A stretch of 23,587 nucleotides of DNA from an uncultured virus (IMG/VR IMGVR_UViG_2721755149_000018) (IMGVR_UViG_2721755149_000018); one strand, 5' to 3'; positions 1-9,805 are shown, numbered from the stretch's first letter. Notes: generated by a model not told the origin, from the sequence alone. Numbers and translations: made by a program.

Positions 1-2
1 GG

Positions 3-452
3 ACAACCCACTGGGGCGCGGATTTCGGGTGGGATGGTGGCTCTGGTGGCCTGCCTGTGTTCGCTGTGCAGGGCGGCACGGTCGTGATGGTTGGTCCCGC
101 GTCCGGTTTCGGTAGCTGGGTTGTTGTGGATCATCCGACCGGGGATGGTGGCGGCACCACCGTGTATGGGCACATCATTCCTGAGGTTCGCCAGGGGCAG
201 CGGGTGGAGGCTGGGCAGCGTATCGCCCGGATCAACCCGGATTCGAACACGAATGGTGGGGTTGCTCCGCATCTGCACTTGGAGTGGCACCGCTACACGT
301 GGGCGCAGCCGGGCTCGAACCGTCTTGACCCGGTTCCAATGCTTGCTGGCGCCGCGTATCCGGATGAGGCACCCGAGCCGGCGCCCACTGCGAGTCCTCT
401 GGTGGATCGTTGGCGGCTGATTCTGGAACAACTGATTGGACCGTTGCGATGA
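3..452 (+). CDS. Endolysin, M23 metallopeptidase (5'-truncated by window edge)
   Basis: Frame is open from nt 3 (TTHWGADFGWDGGSGGLPVFAVQGGTVV...), giving HxxxD (HWGAD), YGH and HxH (PHLHLE) M23 zinc motifs. Confidence 0.92.
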   Translation, partial: TTHWGADFGWDGGSGGLPVFAVQGGTVVMVGPASGFGSWVVVDHPTGDGGGTTVYGHIIPEVRQGQRVEAGQRIARINPDSNTNGGVAPHLHLEWHRYTWAQPGSNRLDPVPMLAGAAYPDEAPEPAPTASPLVDRWRLILEQLIGPLR

Positions 453-1420
453 CCCTCTACGGAATCGATGTTTCGAACCATCAGGGCAACTTTGATTTTG
501 GTGCGGCGAAACGCGAAGGCTTTTCCTTTTGCTCCCACAAGGTTACTGAGGGTGACGGCTACCGTGACCCGTACTGGCCGCGTGCGCGCGAGGAGATGCG
601 CCAGCACTTCACCGGCCTGTTCGCTGGCTACCATTTTGCCCGCAACAACGTCGATGTGAATCGTCAGGCTGATGCGCTGTTGGCGCACCTTGGCGACACG
701 TCGATTCCGATTCAGTTGGACTACGAGGACACCAGCACTCGCGGTTCGATTGAGAACATGCGCGCCCTGATCGCTGCGATTGAAGCCCGTGGGATGCGGG
801 TGTTCGCGAACTATCTTCCACGCTGGTACTGGACTGGGCACATGGGTGCGCCGCGCTTGGATGGCACACCTGTTCTGTGGAACTCGCACTACGTCAATGG
901 AACCGGGTATGCGTCTGCACTGTATCCGGGTGATGGTCATGCGGGTTGGGAGTCGTTCCATGCTGGCGCCCCGGAGGTGAAGATCCTTCAGTTCTCGGAG
1001 CGTGGTTTGGTGGCTGGTCAGTCGATCGATGTGAATGCGTTCCGTGGCAGTGAAATCGAGTTGCGCGCCCTGTTCGGTGGTGCGCCTATCGGAGGGGGAG
1101 TTGTGGCTGATGTTCCGACGTTGATTCAGGATCAGTTGGCTGGGCCGGGCGGTCAGGGCTGGGAGCTTCTGGGTCGCAGTAAGGTTGATCCGGCGCGTTT
1201 CAACACTCTTGTTGAGGCGGTTGCTGAGGTTCGTTCGGCGCTTGTAGAGCCGCGTCCGTCGTTTGTGGATGGTTCCACGGTGAAGTTGGATGTTCCGACG
1301 TTTGTGCAGTGCACGGATGCGGCGACGTTCCGTGCGGAGCGTGAGGTTGTTGCTCTGCGGGCTGAGGTTAAGGCGCTCACCGATGTTGTGAAGACTCTCG
1401 TCGAGAAGGTGGGTAAGTAA
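449..1420 (+). CDS. Endolysin, GH25 muramidase with actinophage LysA-type C-terminal domain
   Basis: ATG at 449 overlaps the upstream TGA (ATGA). Motifs YGIDVSNHQG, KVTEG, AGYHF, LDYE, LQFS, IDVN. C-terminal QLAGP..GW.LLG...TLVEAVA resembles actinophage lysin C-termini. Confidence 0.93.
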   Translation: MTLYGIDVSNHQGNFDFGAAKREGFSFCSHKVTEGDGYRDPYWPRAREEMRQHFTGLFAGYHFARNNVDVNRQADALLAHLGDTSIPIQLDYEDTSTRGSIENMRALIAAIEARGMRVFANYLPRWYWTGHMGAPRLDGTPVLWNSHYVNGTGYASALYPGDGHAGWESFHAGAPEVKILQFSERGLVAGQSIDVNAFRGSEIELRALFGGAPIGGGVVADVPTLIQDQLAGPGGQGWELLGRSKVDPARFNTLVEAVAEVRSALVEPRPSFVDGSTVKLDVPTFVQCTDAATFRAEREVVALRAEVKALTDVVKTLVEKVGK

Positions 1421-1764
1421 TGTTCATTAAGAATCCGGCAGCCCGTAAGGCTGTGTATGCGGTGCTGGCTGCGCTTGGTGCCGGCGCTGTGGCGTATGGG
1501 CTGATTGATCAGTCAACGGCGTCGATGCTGGTTGCTGCTGTTGGTTCACTGCTGGTGGGCCAGTCCGCGCTGGCTGGCGGCAACATCACTCCGCGGGTGC
1601 CTGTTGAGGATGTGCGGGAGCAGGTGCAGTCTGCGGTGCAGGATGCTGTTGGTCCGGTTGTGTCGCAGGTTCCGAATGTTGTTGGCGATGTGGTTGCTCA
1701 GGCGCAGGCGGGTGTGGATGCTGCTCGTGCCGAGCTGGAGCGCCGCATCGGCATTGGGCGGTAA
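1420..1764 (+). CDS. Holin
   Basis: TAATG overlap with the lysin. Two N-terminal hydrophobic helices (RKAVYAVLAALGAGAVAYGLI; MLVAAVGSLLVG) and a polar tail. Confidence 0.85.
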   Translation: MFIKNPAARKAVYAVLAALGAGAVAYGLIDQSTASMLVAAVGSLLVGQSALAGGNITPRVPVEDVREQVQSAVQDAVGPVVSQVPNVVGDVVAQAQAGVDAARAELERRIGIGR

Positions 1765-1767
1765 GCC

Positions 1768-2088
1768 GTGGGTGACATCACCATTCCGGNNNNNNNNNNN
1801 NAGTTTGGGTCGGCGAATGCTGTCACCCTCACCCCGTTCTTCCGCTGGTGGTCGGAGCGTGACGCCCGCAAAATCATGCGGCAAGCCGAAATCGAAGCCG
1901 CAGCCCTAATCCTCAACGATCAGCGTGTCGTGGCCCTCACCAATCAAGTGATGGGCCTGGTGAAACAAGTTCAGGAACTCACTTCCGAACTGTCCACAGC
2001 ACACGGCGAAATCACATCGCTCCGCAACGAGATCGCTTCTTTGCGTAAAGAACTCGGCGACTATCGGGACGAACACCCCGAACTTTGA
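1768..2088 (+). CDS. Post-holin membrane/coiled-coil protein (contains N-gap 1790-1801)
   Basis: GTG start 3 nt after the holin stop. C-terminal heptad coiled coil (VQELTSELSTAHGEITSLRNEIASLRKEL). Position typical of actinophage lysis accessory genes. Confidence 0.7.
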   Translation: MGDITIPXXXXXFGSANAVTLTPFFRWWSERDARKIMRQAEIEAAALILNDQRVVALTNQVMGLVKQVQELTSELSTAHGEITSLRNEIASLRKELGDYRDEHPEL

Positions 2089-2122
2089 TCCACGCTACAC
2101 AACTCCATAGAGGTGCCCCAGG

Positions 2123-3334
2123 ATGACAACCCCCGGCGGTGACGCGCCAGAAGGCGCCTATGTGATCGGCTCCGGCTACGGCAGCGATGTCACCGAAGAC
2201 TCTGTGCGTTCCATGACCCGCGGAAACGTTCTCAACCCGTGGTCGCGCGCACAGAACAACTACCAGACCTCGACTGCGGGCATGTACCGCGAGGTTACCC
2301 GCCTCGACAACCGTATTGACGAAATCATTTTCGGCAACGAACTCGTCAATCTCGCCACCTTCTCCACATCTGGCACGTGGACGAAACCCCCTGGCGCAAC
2401 TCGCGTTGTGGTGAATGTGCTGGCCGGATCGTCTGGTGGAGGTTGCGGAAACAACAGTGCTGGCGGGCAGGCTGATTGGCAGGGCGGGTTCGGCGGCTGG
2501 TCTGGCGGATGGCAGCGCGCCACCATCCTTGCCGGCGATTTACCGGAAACTGTCGAGGTTGTTGTCGGGGCCGGTAGCGATGGCGCTACGACTCGCGGAG
2601 CTGCGGTGGCTGCCGGGGATTCGGCGTTCGGCACGTATGTTGTCGCTGTCGGCGCATCTGGCACAAACTATGGGACGGGCAACTATTCGTTCCGGGTTCG
2701 TGGCGGTGATGGTGGATATGCGACCGGCAATCAGGTTGTCGGCGGCGAGTACGTTTCAGCCACTTATGGTGGTGCTGGTTCGTTCAGTCCCGGTGGCGAG
2801 GCTGGCGCTCCGAATGCCTCGGGTAATCCTGGTGTGAATGGCTATTCGGTCACTGAGGTTGGCAAGATCGGCATGGGTTCCGGTGGCGGTGGTGGCGCCC
2901 AGAATGGTGGTGGCGGCTTGGGTGGGCGTGGCGGTGATGGTGGTTGGCCGTCCGGCCCTGGCGGTGGTGGCGGCGCGAGCAACCTTGGTGGTCCGCTCGG
3001 TTATGGCGGTAAGGGTTCTGCGGGTGCGGTGTTTGTTATGACGTATTTGGAGGACACGTTGGGGATTGCCCCGACTGCCCCAACTGGTTTGGCGGCGAGT
3101 GAGATCACTCCGTCGTCGGCGAAGATCACGTGGGTTGCGTCAACGGATGATATTGCGGTCCGCAACTACAAGGTGTTTGTGGATGGCACCGAGGTGGCTG
3201 CGGTGGACGGCATTTCGCACACGGTGACGGGTTTGTCCCCGGCGACCACATATCAGGTCACGGTGCGCGCTGTCGATCTGGGCGGTAACGCTTCGAACGA
3301 ATCCTCCCCACTGTCGTTCACGACCACGGTCTAG
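2123..3334 (+). CDS. Minor tail protein, glycine-rich domain + C-terminal fibronectin type III domain
   Basis: MTTPGG..P.GAYV.G N-terminus typical of actinophage minor tail proteins. FSTSGTWTKPPGA...GGGGG glycine-rich domain. FN3 signature APTAPTGL...ITW.ASTDD.AV..Y.V...GLSPATTYQVTVRAVD.GGN.S. RBS GAGG. Confidence 0.88.
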   Translation: MTTPGGDAPEGAYVIGSGYGSDVTEDSVRSMTRGNVLNPWSRAQNNYQTSTAGMYREVTRLDNRIDEIIFGNELVNLATFSTSGTWTKPPGATRVVVNVLAGSSGGGCGNNSAGGQADWQGGFGGWSGGWQRATILAGDLPETVEVVVGAGSDGATTRGAAVAAGDSAFGTYVVAVGASGTNYGTGNYSFRVRGGDGGYATGNQVVGGEYVSATYGGAGSFSPGGEAGAPNASGNPGVNGYSVTEVGKIGMGSGGGGGAQNGGGGLGGRGGDGGWPSGPGGGGGASNLGGPLGYGGKGSAGAVFVMTYLEDTLGIAPTAPTGLAASEITPSSAKITWVASTDDIAVRNYKVFVDGTEVAAVDGISHTVTGLSPATTYQVTVRAVDLGGNASNESSPLSFTTTV

Positions 3335-3352
3335 CTTCGAGGAGTTTCCAGT

Positions 3353-3718
3353 ATGCCTACGGCTGTGAAGGTCGCAGAAAATGTTGGCGGGTTCGCCGGC
3401 CCGGGCACGTTGTATCGGGTTGATCCACCGATGAACGGCACCGAGTATGTGTTGCTGTATCACCAGCCGCCGGCGTTCGGTCAGCACGGCCAGTTGTGCG
3501 TTATTTTGGCGACAAAGAATGGTGCGTCGTTTACGCGGGATGTGCGTCCGCAGCCGGGAACGTATGTGACGGACGATCCGAATCATGCGTTGTCGCTGCA
3601 ACTTGCGGGCGGCTATGTGGTCACGGAACCGGCGCCAGTCGAGACGCCCCCGGAGGGGCCTGCTCCTGATGAGCCGGCCACGGAAGATCCTGGCGCGTCG
3701 ATTCCTACTAGCGGTTAG
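3353..3718 (+). CDS. Phage hypothetical protein (tail region)
   Basis: GAGGAG RBS. LYRVDPP motif and 'HALSLQLAGGYVV' resemble small actinophage tail-region proteins. Confidence 0.75.
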   Translation: MPTAVKVAENVGGFAGPGTLYRVDPPMNGTEYVLLYHQPPAFGQHGQLCVILATKNGASFTRDVRPQPGTYVTDDPNHALSLQLAGGYVVTEPAPVETPPEGPAPDEPATEDPGASIPTSG

Positions 3719-3727
3719 GCGGTTCCG

Positions 3728-4069
3728 GTGAGCGGATACTCCCCGATTAAAGAAACGTTGGTGTTGACTCGCGGCGCCGACTATGTGCACAGGTTTCAGA
3801 AGGCTGCGAAGGACCCGGATTTCCCTGAGGGTACGACTGCGGAGATTGTGATTACGCGCGGAACATCGATGTCTGCCCCTGTGTTGGCGACGTGGCCTGC
3901 GTATGACGTGAATCCGGATGCGTTGGAGTTTTGGGTGCAGACCACGGAGACGGATGCGATTCCGGACAGGGTGAATTGGCGCCTGTTGGTGCATTATCCG
4001 GCGCAGTCTCCGGAGTCTGAGGTTCAGGATTTTTGTTGGATGCGTGGCACGGTGAAGCGCGAACAGTAG
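3728..4069 (+). CDS. Small tail-associated beta-sandwich protein
   Basis: GY.P....LVLTRGAD...W.A...W.RGTVKR pattern recalled from actinophage tail-region proteins. In operon context. Confidence 0.72.
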   Translation: MSGYSPIKETLVLTRGADYVHRFQKAAKDPDFPEGTTAEIVITRGTSMSAPVLATWPAYDVNPDALEFWVQTTETDAIPDRVNWRLLVHYPAQSPESEVQDFCWMRGTVKREQ

Positions 4070-4117
4070 TAGCTGTTTGCGATACACGTTGATTGTTAAC
4101 TGAATAGAGGAGCCTTA

Positions 4118-4474
4118 ATGCCGAAGATGACGAATGCGTTCCGGGAGGCTGTTGCGGTCGCTGCGACGGGCCAGGGTTCGTGGATCAGTCTGCACACGTC
4201 CGATCCTGGCATCACTGGCACGGGTGAGGTGACGGGCGGTTCCCCGGCGTATGCGCGGAAGCAAACCACATGGACTGCTGGCGCGTCTGATGGCACTGTG
4301 GTGGGCACTGAGGTGGAGTTCGATGTGCCTGCCGGCACGTTCACCCACATTTCGTGTTGGACAGCGGTGACGGGTGGCACGTTCCAGTGGTCGCAGTCGA
4401 TCAGTGGCACCACGTTCCCTGGCCAGGGTAAGTTGCGTATTACGCCGATGTTCTCGGTGCCGCAGGGCGTCTAA
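4118..4474 (+). CDS. Phage tail fibre-associated protein
   Basis: AGAGGAG RBS. SLHTSDPG.TG..EVTGGSPAYARK...W...FDVPAGT.TH...WTA.TGGTF motif widespread in tail-fibre genes. Confidence 0.82.
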   Translation: MPKMTNAFREAVAVAATGQGSWISLHTSDPGITGTGEVTGGSPAYARKQTTWTAGASDGTVVGTEVEFDVPAGTFTHISCWTAVTGGTFQWSQSISGTTFPGQGKLRITPMFSVPQGV

Positions 4475-5487
4475 TGTCCTTTCCTGGCCTGGACACATTT
4501 CCTGGGCTGAGCCTGTTTCCGTCGTGGACTATTCTGCTGCCTCCGCCTGGTGTGGTGCCGACGACGGTTGCGGAGCGTCCTCGGGTGCCGGTGACGATTG
4601 TGCGTGCTGGGGCGATTCCGCCGCGCATGATTTGGATGCCGCGCCTGTTCCAGGATGTTGATGTGGAGTTGTCGTTGACGACTTCGTTGTCTCCCACGAT
4701 GATCGTGAACGCCATCGCCGAGTTGTCGCCGGATATTTCGGTGTCGATCGATGCGGTGGGCGGCGCTGTCCAGTTGACCGTCCCCATCGACATGCAGCTC
4801 GACGCATCGGCTATCGCCTCGGTGATCTCGAAGGCAGAAATGCTCATGCCCACCGATGCGTGGGTAGTGCAAAAGATCGCTGGCATGTCCGACAACTTCA
4901 ACCGAGCAGACGGTTCTCCCGGATCGAACTGGTTGCAGCGCCGATTCTCCGGCACCACGAACGCTGTGATCGCAGGTAACGCTGTCCAGGCGGGTGTGCC
5001 GTCAACGGCGTCGGGCGCCGATAACACGAATCAGACTGTGCTGGTGTTCAGCCCGGCAATTGGCGTCGACAACTTCGCTACCGAGGCAACCATTCTGTCA
5101 GTGCCGGCTGCCGGGTATTTCTCGGGTGTCGTGACTCGGTCGGATGCGTCGATGATGAACTTTGTGGCCGCGTTCGCCGCTGGCAATAGTGATACCGCAG
5201 GTATTTACACGTGCATTAATGGAACTTTCACCCGCCGTGTTGCGTTCGCGACGGATGCGTTCCAGGGCAACGACACGATGATCGTGGAGGCTGTGGGCAA
5301 CGTTTACACGGTGAAGCGCCGCCGCTCTGGGACGGTGACGACGGTGACTTCGTGGACGGATTCGGCGAATGTGATGCCGTCTGGTTCGGCGTATCGCCAC
5401 GGCGGCATGTATGTGTTGGCGGTGCGGTCGACATTTGAGACGAAGTATGGTCCGAAGCTCGACAATTGGTCGACTTACGCCCTGTGA
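4474..5487 (+). CDS. Minor tail protein with C-terminal lectin/beta-sandwich-like domain
   Basis: TAATG overlap. SDNFNRADGSPGSNW motif opens a C-terminal domain ending LDNWS, typical of tail carbohydrate-binding modules. Confidence 0.75.
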   Translation: MSFPGLDTFPGLSLFPSWTILLPPPGVVPTTVAERPRVPVTIVRAGAIPPRMIWMPRLFQDVDVELSLTTSLSPTMIVNAIAELSPDISVSIDAVGGAVQLTVPIDMQLDASAIASVISKAEMLMPTDAWVVQKIAGMSDNFNRADGSPGSNWLQRRFSGTTNAVIAGNAVQAGVPSTASGADNTNQTVLVFSPAIGVDNFATEATILSVPAAGYFSGVVTRSDASMMNFVAAFAAGNSDTAGIYTCINGTFTRRVAFATDAFQGNDTMIVEAVGNVYTVKRRRSGTVTTVTSWTDSANVMPSGSAYRHGGMYVLAVRSTFETKYGPKLDNWSTYAL

Positions 5488-5501
5488 TGACGAGGTGACT
5501 T

Positions 5502-5897
5502 GTGGCGTATAACCGGTTTTATGCGTTGTGGAAGAACCGCCCGAGTTTTGACACTCCTATTCGCGCGGAGGCGTTGCAGCACATCGAGGATGGGCTTGAG
5601 TTGGCGCATGCGGAGTTGGATGATCGTTTGGCTGCGTTGGCGCGCACCCCTGAGGTGTTGATTGCGGGCACGATCACCAGGGATGCGAATGGTGCCGCCA
5701 CCTCGGCCCCGGTGGTGTGGCCCGATGGCACACCGGGCACCTACACGGCGCTAGAAGTGTCCACGGAGCATCCGGGGGCGGTGGATTCGTACAGCGTCAC
5801 GTATGGGTCTCCGGTTGTTCAAACGTTCACTCAGCCGACTGTGACCCGTAATGCTGCGGGTGCGGTGACGGCGTGTCCTGCGATTGTGGTGAGTTAA
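5502..5897 (+). CDS. Tail-associated protein, paralog 1
   Basis: GAGGTG RBS, GTG start. N-terminal W.N.P...TPI.AEALQHIEDGL motif of tail fibre N-termini. C-terminal ~90 aa paralogous to the next gene. Confidence 0.8.
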   Translation: MAYNRFYALWKNRPSFDTPIRAEALQHIEDGLELAHAELDDRLAALARTPEVLIAGTITRDANGAATSAPVVWPDGTPGTYTALEVSTEHPGAVDSYSVTYGSPVVQTFTQPTVTRNAAGAVTACPAIVVS

Positions 5898-5899
5898 GC

Positions 5900-6229
5900 A
5901 TGGGTAATCCGGTGTATGACAGGTCTGCTGCGTTCGACACCGAAAACGAAATGGTGTCACGGTATGCCGAGTTGGCGCGCGTACCTGACGTGATACTGGC
6001 AGGCACCGTCACCCGCAACGCTGATGGCGTGGTCACCACGGCGGATGTGCTGTGGCCCAACGGGGTCGCCGGCGTGTTCACCGCCACGAGCATCAACCCG
6101 ACCCACAAGACTGTGGACGCCTACGAGATCACGTACGGCACTCCACCGAAGTACACGTTCATTCAGCCCACGATAACCCGCAACGGTGGCGGATATGCCA
6201 CCAACATTCCCCCCATCGAGGTGAACTGA
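5900..6229 (+). CDS. Tail-associated protein, paralog 2
   Basis: ATG 2 nt after the upstream TAA. LARVPDVILAGTVTRNADG...WPNG..G.FTA...VDAYEITYG...QPTITRN aligns with 5502-5897. Confidence 0.8.
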   Translation: MGNPVYDRSAAFDTENEMVSRYAELARVPDVILAGTVTRNADGVVTTADVLWPNGVAGVFTATSINPTHKTVDAYEITYGTPPKYTFIQPTITRNGGGYATNIPPIEVN

Positions 6230-6231
6230 CT

Positions 6232-8017
6232 ATGGGACTTCTTGATCCTCCAGGACTCTCCAAAGCGGTAGCAGATGCCACTTATGCCCCGCAGCGGTAC
6301 ACACCGCCGATCGAATTGTCATCGGTTCCGGCGGTCCTGGACTCGTCGTGGGGCTACCAACACGCCGCCTACACGCAGGACAACGTCACCACACTCGACG
6401 ACGGAACCCAGTACTGGGTCGGCATCAACGCCTCCACCAAGCCGGTCATCTCGAAACGCAACGTCGACANNNNNNNNNNNNNNNNNNNNNNNNNNNNNTG
6501 ACCCGTTCCAGCCGCAGGCCGCCGACTCGCACAACACGTTCGCCCTCGGCGTGGACAGCAACGGCCGGGTCATCGTGGCAGGAAACATGCACGAAAACCC
6601 GATGCGCTGCGCGTACACCACCAACCCCGGCGACCTCACCGCATGGACTGTGGTGCCGCCGTCCGGGGACGGCACCCAGGACCAGTGCACCTATGTGTCG
6701 TTCTTCACCGCTGGCGATGGCGTCCTGTTCCGGTATTGGCGGGACGGCGCAGCGACGCAGGGCAATGTGTTCTTCGACCGGTGGAACCCGACCACTCTCG
6801 CATTCGAGAACCAGGTCACGTTCATGAACGGCGTGGTGTCCGCAGAAGGCCCGTACCCGTGGCGGGTAGCGGTGTCCCGAGAGGGCAAGATCGGGGTCTT
6901 CTTCTGTTGGCGCGGCGAGGCCGGAGCCGACACCAACAACGATCTGTGCTATGTCGAGTCGGTCGACAACGGGGCGACGTGGCGCCGCGCCGACGGCAGT
7001 GCACAAACACTGCCGATCACCCACGCCAATGCGCAGGTCATCGTCCCGGCGCAGACCGGCGACGGGTTGCTCAATCAGGGCGGGTCCGACTTCGACATTG
7101 ACGAGCGGCCTCACGCCGGAATCCAACTCTACGACGCGAACGGCAAGACCCAGATTCATCATGTGTGGTGGAACGGCACCGCGTGGGTGAACGATCAGGT
7201 CACGAATTGGCGTGAGACGGTCGTGCAGGCGGGGCAGACCACGCTGGATCTGGTGGTGGCACGCCCGCAGGTGGTGTGCTCCGATCAGGGCCGCACACTG
7301 TTGATCACTCGCACTCGTGGCGAGGGGCTGAACGGGCGCCCGGTGTGCATCGATGTCACCCCCGGTGCTGGCAACAACGTGTTCCCGATCCTCGACATGG
7401 ACCTCGAGGAATGGGAGCCAGCTATCGACTCGCGGGCGCTGCGGTCAAGGAATGCGCTCACGATGTTCGTGGGGTCGATCCTGTCCCCGGCGAACTCGCG
7501 GCGATCGTGGCAGCGCCAGTGGGGCGGCGTGCTCACTGTGCACCTGGACAAGATCGACGAACTGGCGACGAGGCGGGCGAAGCTGCCGACCATCCGCACG
7601 CTCAAGACGTACTACGTCGGGCCGGAAACCACGCTGACGAATACGTCCGATGCGAACATTGTCACGTTCGGTGTGCCGCAGATTGCTCGTCAGCAGATCG
7701 GCCCCGGCGTGAAGGTGTTCATGCGTTGGTCCGCTCGTATGCAATTGGTGGCCCCCACTACTAGTGGAACGTACTACTTCAACGCCTCGCCCGATTCAGG
7801 GGGGGGCGCGGAGGACACGTATAAGGTGGGGGAGATGTTTTATCAGTCCGGCATGTATGCGGGGATGGCGACACCGTGGGTTCCGCTGCCGGGTACCCCG
7901 TACAACCTGGGTGGCCTGGACCGGGATACGCGGCTGATCTTCCGTGGCTATGCGGACAATGCGGCTGGCATGAAGTTCGGTGCGTGGACTGTTGAAGTCG
8001 GCATCCTAGAACTCTAG
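6232..8017 (+). CDS. BNR-4/Asp-box beta-propeller tail protein (putative receptor-binding protein or glycan hydrolase); frame change falls in N-gap 6470-6498
   Basis: Starts MGLLDPPGL at 6232 and continues after the gap in another frame. BNR-4-like motifs DSHNTFALGVDSNG....GNMH, TY..F, WRDG, NNDL.Y, and Asp-box S.DNGATW. Confidence 0.82.
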
Positions 8018-8060
8018 CTTTCGGAATGTCACGACGTTAGCCATACATGGGGGGGCTGTA

Positions 8061-9746
8061 GTGGGCGTTTTAGATCCGCCAGGATTACCTCTGGCCTTCG
8101 CGGATGCGCGTTATGTTCGTATGGTTAACGGCGAATCCCCGGACACGAATTGGAATGTTTTCGTGTCCGGGGAGGGCGTTGCCGATTCGAATCTTGCCGA
8201 CATGGTCGTTGCGGGTGAAACGAAAACGGCTCTTGATGCAGTGTACGCGCCAGTGTCGCTGTCTGCCCGGGTTGCCGACATTGCCCCCGATGGGGGTGTG
8301 CGTGCAGTCGGCAAGGGGGATTTGCTGGCGAGCGTGAAAGACTTTGGCGCAATTGGTGACGGAATTACGGACGATGCGCCAGCTTTTGTTGCCGCGTTCA
8401 ACTCCGGTCTTCCGCTGTATGTTCCGCGCGGCGACTATCGCCTTGCTTCAACTATCACTCGCAACTTTTCCGGACTGCACATGGTGGGGCAGAGTGGTGC
8501 TCGCGTATTCTCCGATACTGTAGATCAACTGTTTCGATTTAGTAGTACCGATGGCGTGCACATTGAAAACATTTCTTTCGAATGCGCGGTCGCTGATGCG
8601 GCAAATAGCAACTATGGACTTCTGTCGAGTACTAGTTCACTTAAGAATATACTACTATACCGGTGCGTGTTCACTGCGGCGAACCGTAACACAAACGGCG
8701 TGAAGTTCATTGCAGACAATCTCGCAGAACTGTCGGTAGAGAACGTTTTCGCTAGAGAATGCGTATTCCGAAACATAGGCCGGATGGGAATGGAAATCCA
8801 AGACCATTCCGTAGACCGAACGATTGTGCGGGTAAAAAATGTCGGCGTGATCGACTGCGCCTTCCAGGACTGCGGAACTCTCTCCACAGGCATCGATTTG
8901 TCGTTTAGTGGACATTTATGCGGAGCGGTTGCACGGGGGAACACGCTGATTCGGAGCGCCACCATTGGCGTTGAGTTCGCCGGAGACCACGAGATGCCAG
9001 TCGCGGTAGGCAACACGTTCTCATCAATGGGGCCGTCATGCAACGCAATTTCTTTCACAAACAACTACAACTCGAATCAGGTCATCGGGGCGGTCATCGA
9101 AGGCAACAGGTCCATCGATCGGAGCGGAAGTGGTTCCCGGCTGTGGTATTTATACAATGCCCGCCTGTCTCGAAACTATTTCAAGTTCGCATCCGGGGCG
9201 ATGGTGCTCAGATCCTGCGTGCGAACTGTCGCCTACGGGGAAACGTACGACAGTTCAGGGGCGTACGCATTGTTCATTGAGGGGACTTCAACAGATAACG
9301 TATTCGAGCGGTGCGAGCTAAGGACCGGAACTGGCGCGTTTTCAATATTCCGCGTGAATGGAGCCGACAGTGTTCGGAACTATGTAGTGCGCAGCAATCT
9401 GATCAGATCTGTTGGCGTCACATTCGATCAGATCAACTCGTCCACGCAGAACGCAATCATCCAATGCGATCACGGGTCGACGCGCTGGCAGCCGGTCAAG
9501 ACGATAACGATCGCTGATGCGGATAAGACGATTAATGTGGTGGAAGCCGATTCTGAGGCGCTAATCTTCTCTGGAACGTTGACGGCAGCTCGGACGGTGA
9601 CGTTGCAGAATGCGAAGCGGGCGTATCGGTTGAAGAACAACACCGCTCAGCAAGTGTCGGTAACCACTGGCGGCACTGCGGTGGCGATCGCTGCGGGAGC
9701 CACGAAGATTGTGTATGTGGAGGGAACGACCATCACCGAAGTGTGA
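8061..9746 (+). CDS. Tail spike / polysaccharide depolymerase, pectate-lyase-superfamily right-handed beta-helix
   Basis: SVKDFGAIGDGITDDAPAF..A.....LYVPRGDYRL motif followed by Asn/Cys-rich beta-helix repeats. C-terminal SGTLTAARTVTL...NNT motif of tail fibre ends. Confidence 0.87.
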   Translation: MGVLDPPGLPLAFADARYVRMVNGESPDTNWNVFVSGEGVADSNLADMVVAGETKTALDAVYAPVSLSARVADIAPDGGVRAVGKGDLLASVKDFGAIGDGITDDAPAFVAAFNSGLPLYVPRGDYRLASTITRNFSGLHMVGQSGARVFSDTVDQLFRFSSTDGVHIENISFECAVADAANSNYGLLSSTSSLKNILLYRCVFTAANRNTNGVKFIADNLAELSVENVFARECVFRNIGRMGMEIQDHSVDRTIVRVKNVGVIDCAFQDCGTLSTGIDLSFSGHLCGAVARGNTLIRSATIGVEFAGDHEMPVAVGNTFSSMGPSCNAISFTNNYNSNQVIGAVIEGNRSIDRSGSGSRLWYLYNARLSRNYFKFASGAMVLRSCVRTVAYGETYDSSGAYALFIEGTSTDNVFERCELRTGTGAFSIFRVNGADSVRNYVVRSNLIRSVGVTFDQINSSTQNAIIQCDHGSTRWQPVKTITIADADKTINVVEADSEALIFSGTLTAARTVTLQNAKRAYRLKNNTAQQVSVTTGGTAVAIAAGATKIVYVEGTTITEV

Positions 9747-9755
9747 CAGCCGCGG

Positions 9756-9800
9756 AATCGCCCCGTATGGATACACGAATTTCCATACGGGGCGATTTTT
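9756..9800. terminator. Intrinsic terminator between convergent genes
   Basis: Perfect 16-bp inverted repeat AATCGCCCCGTATGGA (9756-9771) / TCCATACGGGGCGATT (9782-9797), 10-nt loop, T-run on the + strand. Confidence 0.88.
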
Positions 9801-9805
9801 GATGT

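Noticed and set aside
3140..4087. Long antisense ORFs (also 19356-20549, 14840-15757, 20518-21372, 12648-13418)
   Set aside because: Shadow frames of high-GC genes with Arg/Pro-rich nonsense translations, opposite well-supported CDSs.
5502..6229. Paralogous pair as a diversity-generating retroelement TR/VR or an invertible cassette
   Set aside because: Divergence is general rather than adenine-specific, there is no reverse transcriptase in the window, and no flanking inverted repeats.
6470..6498. Apparent frameshift or pseudogene in the BNR tail protein (ORF track splits it into 6052-6501 and 6275-8017)
   Set aside because: The frame change lies inside an N-gap of uncertain length, so it is an assembly artefact. 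The same applies to the lipoprotein at 11757-11786.
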